Source: Podarcis muralis (lineage: Eukaryota). Taken from it: a DNA stretch of 64,000 nt. Under the pieces are notes generated by a model that had not been told where the DNA came from, made no database searches, and worked only from the letters and a program-made list of their open reading frames with translations. The stretch lies in assembly GCF_964188315.1 (NCBI RefSeq), contig NC_135666.1, positions 29,140,001-29,204,000 on the forward strand. The letters are read 5' to 3'. The position numbers and the translations under genes were made by a program. Each line of letters begins with the position of its first letter. Position 1 is the stretch's first letter. Shown piece by piece: positions 60,421-64,000 of this stretch.

Positions 60421-62226
60421 AGAGAAATATGTCATCCGAGGGCTGAGGCATCCTTAGGTTGGTCTTATTCTGCTGGGATGCAGCCTATACTGGCGGGAGG
60501 GACTCGGGACAAGATGGCTATTCTAATTCCCCCCCGCGGGAAGAAGAGGATTTTATCGGATTTGTCACTGCTTTGAAATGTGCAGTGCCTCAGCTTCACA
60601 GCAAAAAAGAAAGAAAAAAAGCCTCCATATTTTTTGCGTTTCCCAAAACCAAATACCTGCTGTGCTGCTGAGAGAGGAAAATGGAAGTGCTGCTATTTTG
60701 GGAACGCCTCGTTTTGGCTCGGCACTGAAGGGGTTAAAACAACCAGGAAATTAAAATACTGTATAGGCACTGGGGGGGGGGGGAGCGAAAACACCCACAA
60801 ACAAGTCAGATGGATGACCCACCAAGTAGGCAGGATGCAACAACAATATATATTGAGTTTGATAATACTGTAAATTCCAAAGAAGATGAATCTGTGAGTG
60901 AGAGGCCATTTTTTCCATTAGCAAGTTTCCCAGTGCAAGTCTATACACATCTACTTCTGATTCCTTTTATCAGTTGTAAAACCCATTGAATCCAATGGAT
61001 CTGTCTTCCAGGGATAGCATTACATCCTTGGTCACGGATAATGTTTTTAGCTTCTCAGAAGCCCAAAGCTTTTAACTTAACAAGCTAACGTAAAATCTCA
61101 TTTAACCATTAGAATCCTATTCAGATGTTTGTCTCTTGGATCATACATTCTGAGCTTGGAAAGGAGCAACGCTGTGTGTGTCTGCTTGGAAGTAAGCCCA
61201 AGTAGAATTTCCTCCCAAGGCCAACATGACTCCTGTCTTGGATTCAAAAGATACAGATAGGGTGATGGAGACCATTTGAGGCATTTAAATGTTACCCTGC
61301 GGCCTCCCCTTCCAGAAAAAAAATCTGGAAACTTATGGCCTGTAGCATTTGGTGGAAGGAATTGAATAAGGTGCATCTTGTCTAATCTCAGTAACCTCAT
61401 GAGAGAAGAAACTATTCAGGAAAGTTCTCTTTTCTGTTAAGGCAAGGGTGGGAAACCTGTGATCATCCAGATGTTGCTGAACTATAACTCCCATCACCCC
61501 ATGACCATTGGCCATGCTGCCTGGGACAGACAGGAGTCCAGCAATAGTGGGTCAGGCCAGCTCCCCAATATTATGGGCATGAAAATCCTACCCCTCAAGT
61601 CATGCAACTATCCTTTGTTTGCACAGTCATTCTTTTTACTGGCCTCACTGCACTGCTCAGACTACATGTCAGGATCAATATTGCATATACTTATAGTTGC
61701 ATAGCTATAGATCTATAGTTGCGTTGAAGTATGCAGTTTTAATCCTGGCATTTTGAAATCTGCTACTCCTTTGATTCTGGGGTTGTATGTTCTATGGCTT
61801 ATAGCAAGGATGAGAAACCTTTATTGGTTCCGGGCAGGAGGCAGATTTTTATCTCTCCTCCCCATTGGGCCAACTTTAACAGGTGGGTGGTACAATCCAT
61901 CAGTCAATCATCTGGCATCATAGTGACATTGAATGATTGACAGGTGTCAAAGCACAGTGTTTTCCAAATGGGCAACAACCAGCTGGGTGTCAGGCGCTTT
62001 GGAAACGCAGTACAAGGGTCATTGCAAACTGTATAGTGCAGTCCACCCTGGAGTCTTTAACTGAGGGAGGGGTTGGAAATTTTATCTTTGAAAAAGTAGC
62101 AAACTGTCTCTTGAGGGTGGATCACTATGTAGCCAAAATGGCATGATCCACTTGCAAAAGGGATATTGCCAGGCTTGCGGAAGTCCAAGGTTTGCAGAAG
62201 TACAAAATAAACACACACAAAACACA

Positions 62227-62386
62227 GGGGAAGAGCATCTCTTCTGCATGCAGACATCCCAGGTTCAATCCCTGGCATCTCCAAGGTAGCACTAAGAGAC
62301 AGCCTTGTTGGAAACCCTGGAGAGCTGCTGCCAGCCAGAGTAGGCAATACTGAGCTAGATGAGCCAATGGTCTGACTTGCTTCCTA
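62227..62386 (+). mobile_element. Squam2-like tRNA-derived SINE
   Basis: AGAGCATCT..TGCATGCAGA..CCCAGGTTCAATCCCTGGCATCTCC...GAAACCCTGGAGAGCTGCTGCCAG...ACTGAGCTAGATG. Confidence 0.7.
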
Positions 62387-62463
62387 ACCCCTAAGAGGGG
62401 AGGCTGGCTCACAAAGTGGTCCATGATAGCAAAAGACTGACTGACTGTTGCCATTGATAGAGC

Positions 62464-62518
<55 letters not shown>
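62464..62518. repeat. (GT)n(AG)18 compound microsatellite
   Basis: Direct reading. Confidence 0.95.
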
Positions 62519-62525
<7 letters not shown>

Positions 62526-64000
62526 TGGAGTATCCTGGACAAGAGCATGACTGGCTGGAATCCTGAACAGGTGCACTCTACATTGTTTTGGTCTCATTTG
62601 TGTTAATCTAATAGACCTCTTGGAAACATAGAAGGACTCTGGATTTGGGGCAAATTTGGCTGTTGATCCTCAAAGAGTGAAAGCAGGCCAGGGAAAGCTG
62701 TAGAGCTCTGGCACCCACTCTCTTGAGCTGGTTTTAGGTAGCAGTGGCCTTTACCTGGGCTCCGGGTACCAGAGGATCAGGTAACATTAATGCACACAGC
62801 AACACTCCCATCTATCCCTTAAAACTGCTTGAGGGTTATGCAGTTGCATGTGGTTCCTGTGATAAACACTGGTTTATTTTGGTCAACTGAAAGCTTTTTA
62901 TGCTTGAGGACCTGATGAAACATGTGCCAGGAGTGCAGCAAAGCAGGATAAATTGGGCCGAATGCACAAGCATTGTGCTTGCTCATGCTAAGACCTAATG
63001 AGCCAGAAATCCTTGCTTGTTGTGATGTGCGAGCACTGCCATTGCCTTCTTTGAAACAGAGGCAGCAACTGTCTTCTTGGTTATAGAGCTGTCCTTTCAG
63101 AACTAGCTAGGGCCAATCTTGCAGGTCGATTACTGTTGTTCGCACCCATCTGTCTCGGGAGACAATGGAGGAGTGCACCTTTGAGGTGGGGTCAAATTAT
63201 TGGAAGGTTGCAGCACCTGCTGTGGCTGTAGAGACTGATGTGGGAGAGATGTTTTCTTGCAGCTGGGGCAGATAAAGGTGTCTGGCCATGCTGCCATGGT
63301 GTTTCTCCTCTCTGCGCTGTCTGTCTCTAGGCACTGTGGTCATCTGCAAAGGATACCCGCATGATGGGGTTGTCAGCCTTCATGTTATGTTTGCAGACAT
63401 CTTTATAAGAAGAGTTGGTCTGCCAGTGGGTCTGGTGCCTGAAGCCAACTCCTTGTCCTTTAGGTTCCTGCCATCTTCCATTCTGTGGACGTGACCAATC
63501 AGGTCAATTGCTGGGTGCCTAAAAGCAGTGCTGGGGAACCTGTGCTCTGCGTATGTTGTTAGACTCCAACTCTCATCAGTCCCATGCAGCATGTCCAATG
63601 GTCAGGAATAATGGGGGAGGTACTGGACTACACCCCAATTTGCATAAAATTTGCATATATATGAGAATCTGGGAAACTAAGAGAGAGTGGATCTGATCTC
63701 ATCAGCATTGTGCCTTGCAGTGCATTCAGTTGCCCTACAAACAAAGTTTTGTTAAAAAAACAATTACTTAAGTTTTAAAAAGGAAGGGAAGGAGAAGGAG
63801 TTGTGAGGCTGGCCACAAAATACATGGGTTTCAAATCGTTCGCCCCCACAACAAAACCCTGCAGCCAAGGCATCATTTGATAGTAGAAATTACAATGTGA
63901 TTGTGCGAATTAGCCTGAGGAATTGCTTGATTTGGTTCTGCTTTGTCCTCTTCTCAATTAAAATTAAGAAAAACTAGACTGTCTCAAGCTGCATAAGTTA

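Overview
Vertebrate genomic DNA, almost certainly from a squamate and probably a lacertid lizard, inferred from Sauria/Squam1, Squam2 and Squam3 SINEs and young Bov-B/RTE LINE fragments. The only complete protein-coding gene is PDK4 (pyruvate dehydrogenase kinase 4) on the minus strand. I reconstructed it by hand as 11 GT-AG coding exons (21693 down to 11961; 1239 nt = 412 aa + stop). All GHKL ATP-binding boxes and the C-terminal DW motif are intact, the 3'UTR is about 2.1 kb (AATAAA at 9819-9824), and the promoter is a CpG island with FOXO, E-box and CCAAT motifs. A second CpG island at about 59.7-60.4 kb, with a plus-strand splice donor at 60068/60069, is most likely the non-coding first exon of DYNC1I1; this rests on synteny only, as no coding exon is present. 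The rest is repeat-rich intergenic DNA: hAT, Tc1/mariner and pogo MITEs, SINEs, CR1/L2/L1/RTE/Penelope fragments, solo LTRs and microsatellites. Nearly all other ORFs in the supplied track are spurious or repeat-derived. I found no convincing new multi-gene system. The most interesting oddities are a 62-bp duplication flanking a SINE nested against a hAT/mariner stack, a MITE built from tandem perfect hairpins, a triple-hairpin non-repetitive element, an intact solo LTR pointing at the putative DYNC1I1 promoter, a GGC-repeat poly-Gly uORF, co-oriented CTCF-like sites between the two genes, and lineage-specific changes in the PDK4 ATP lid.
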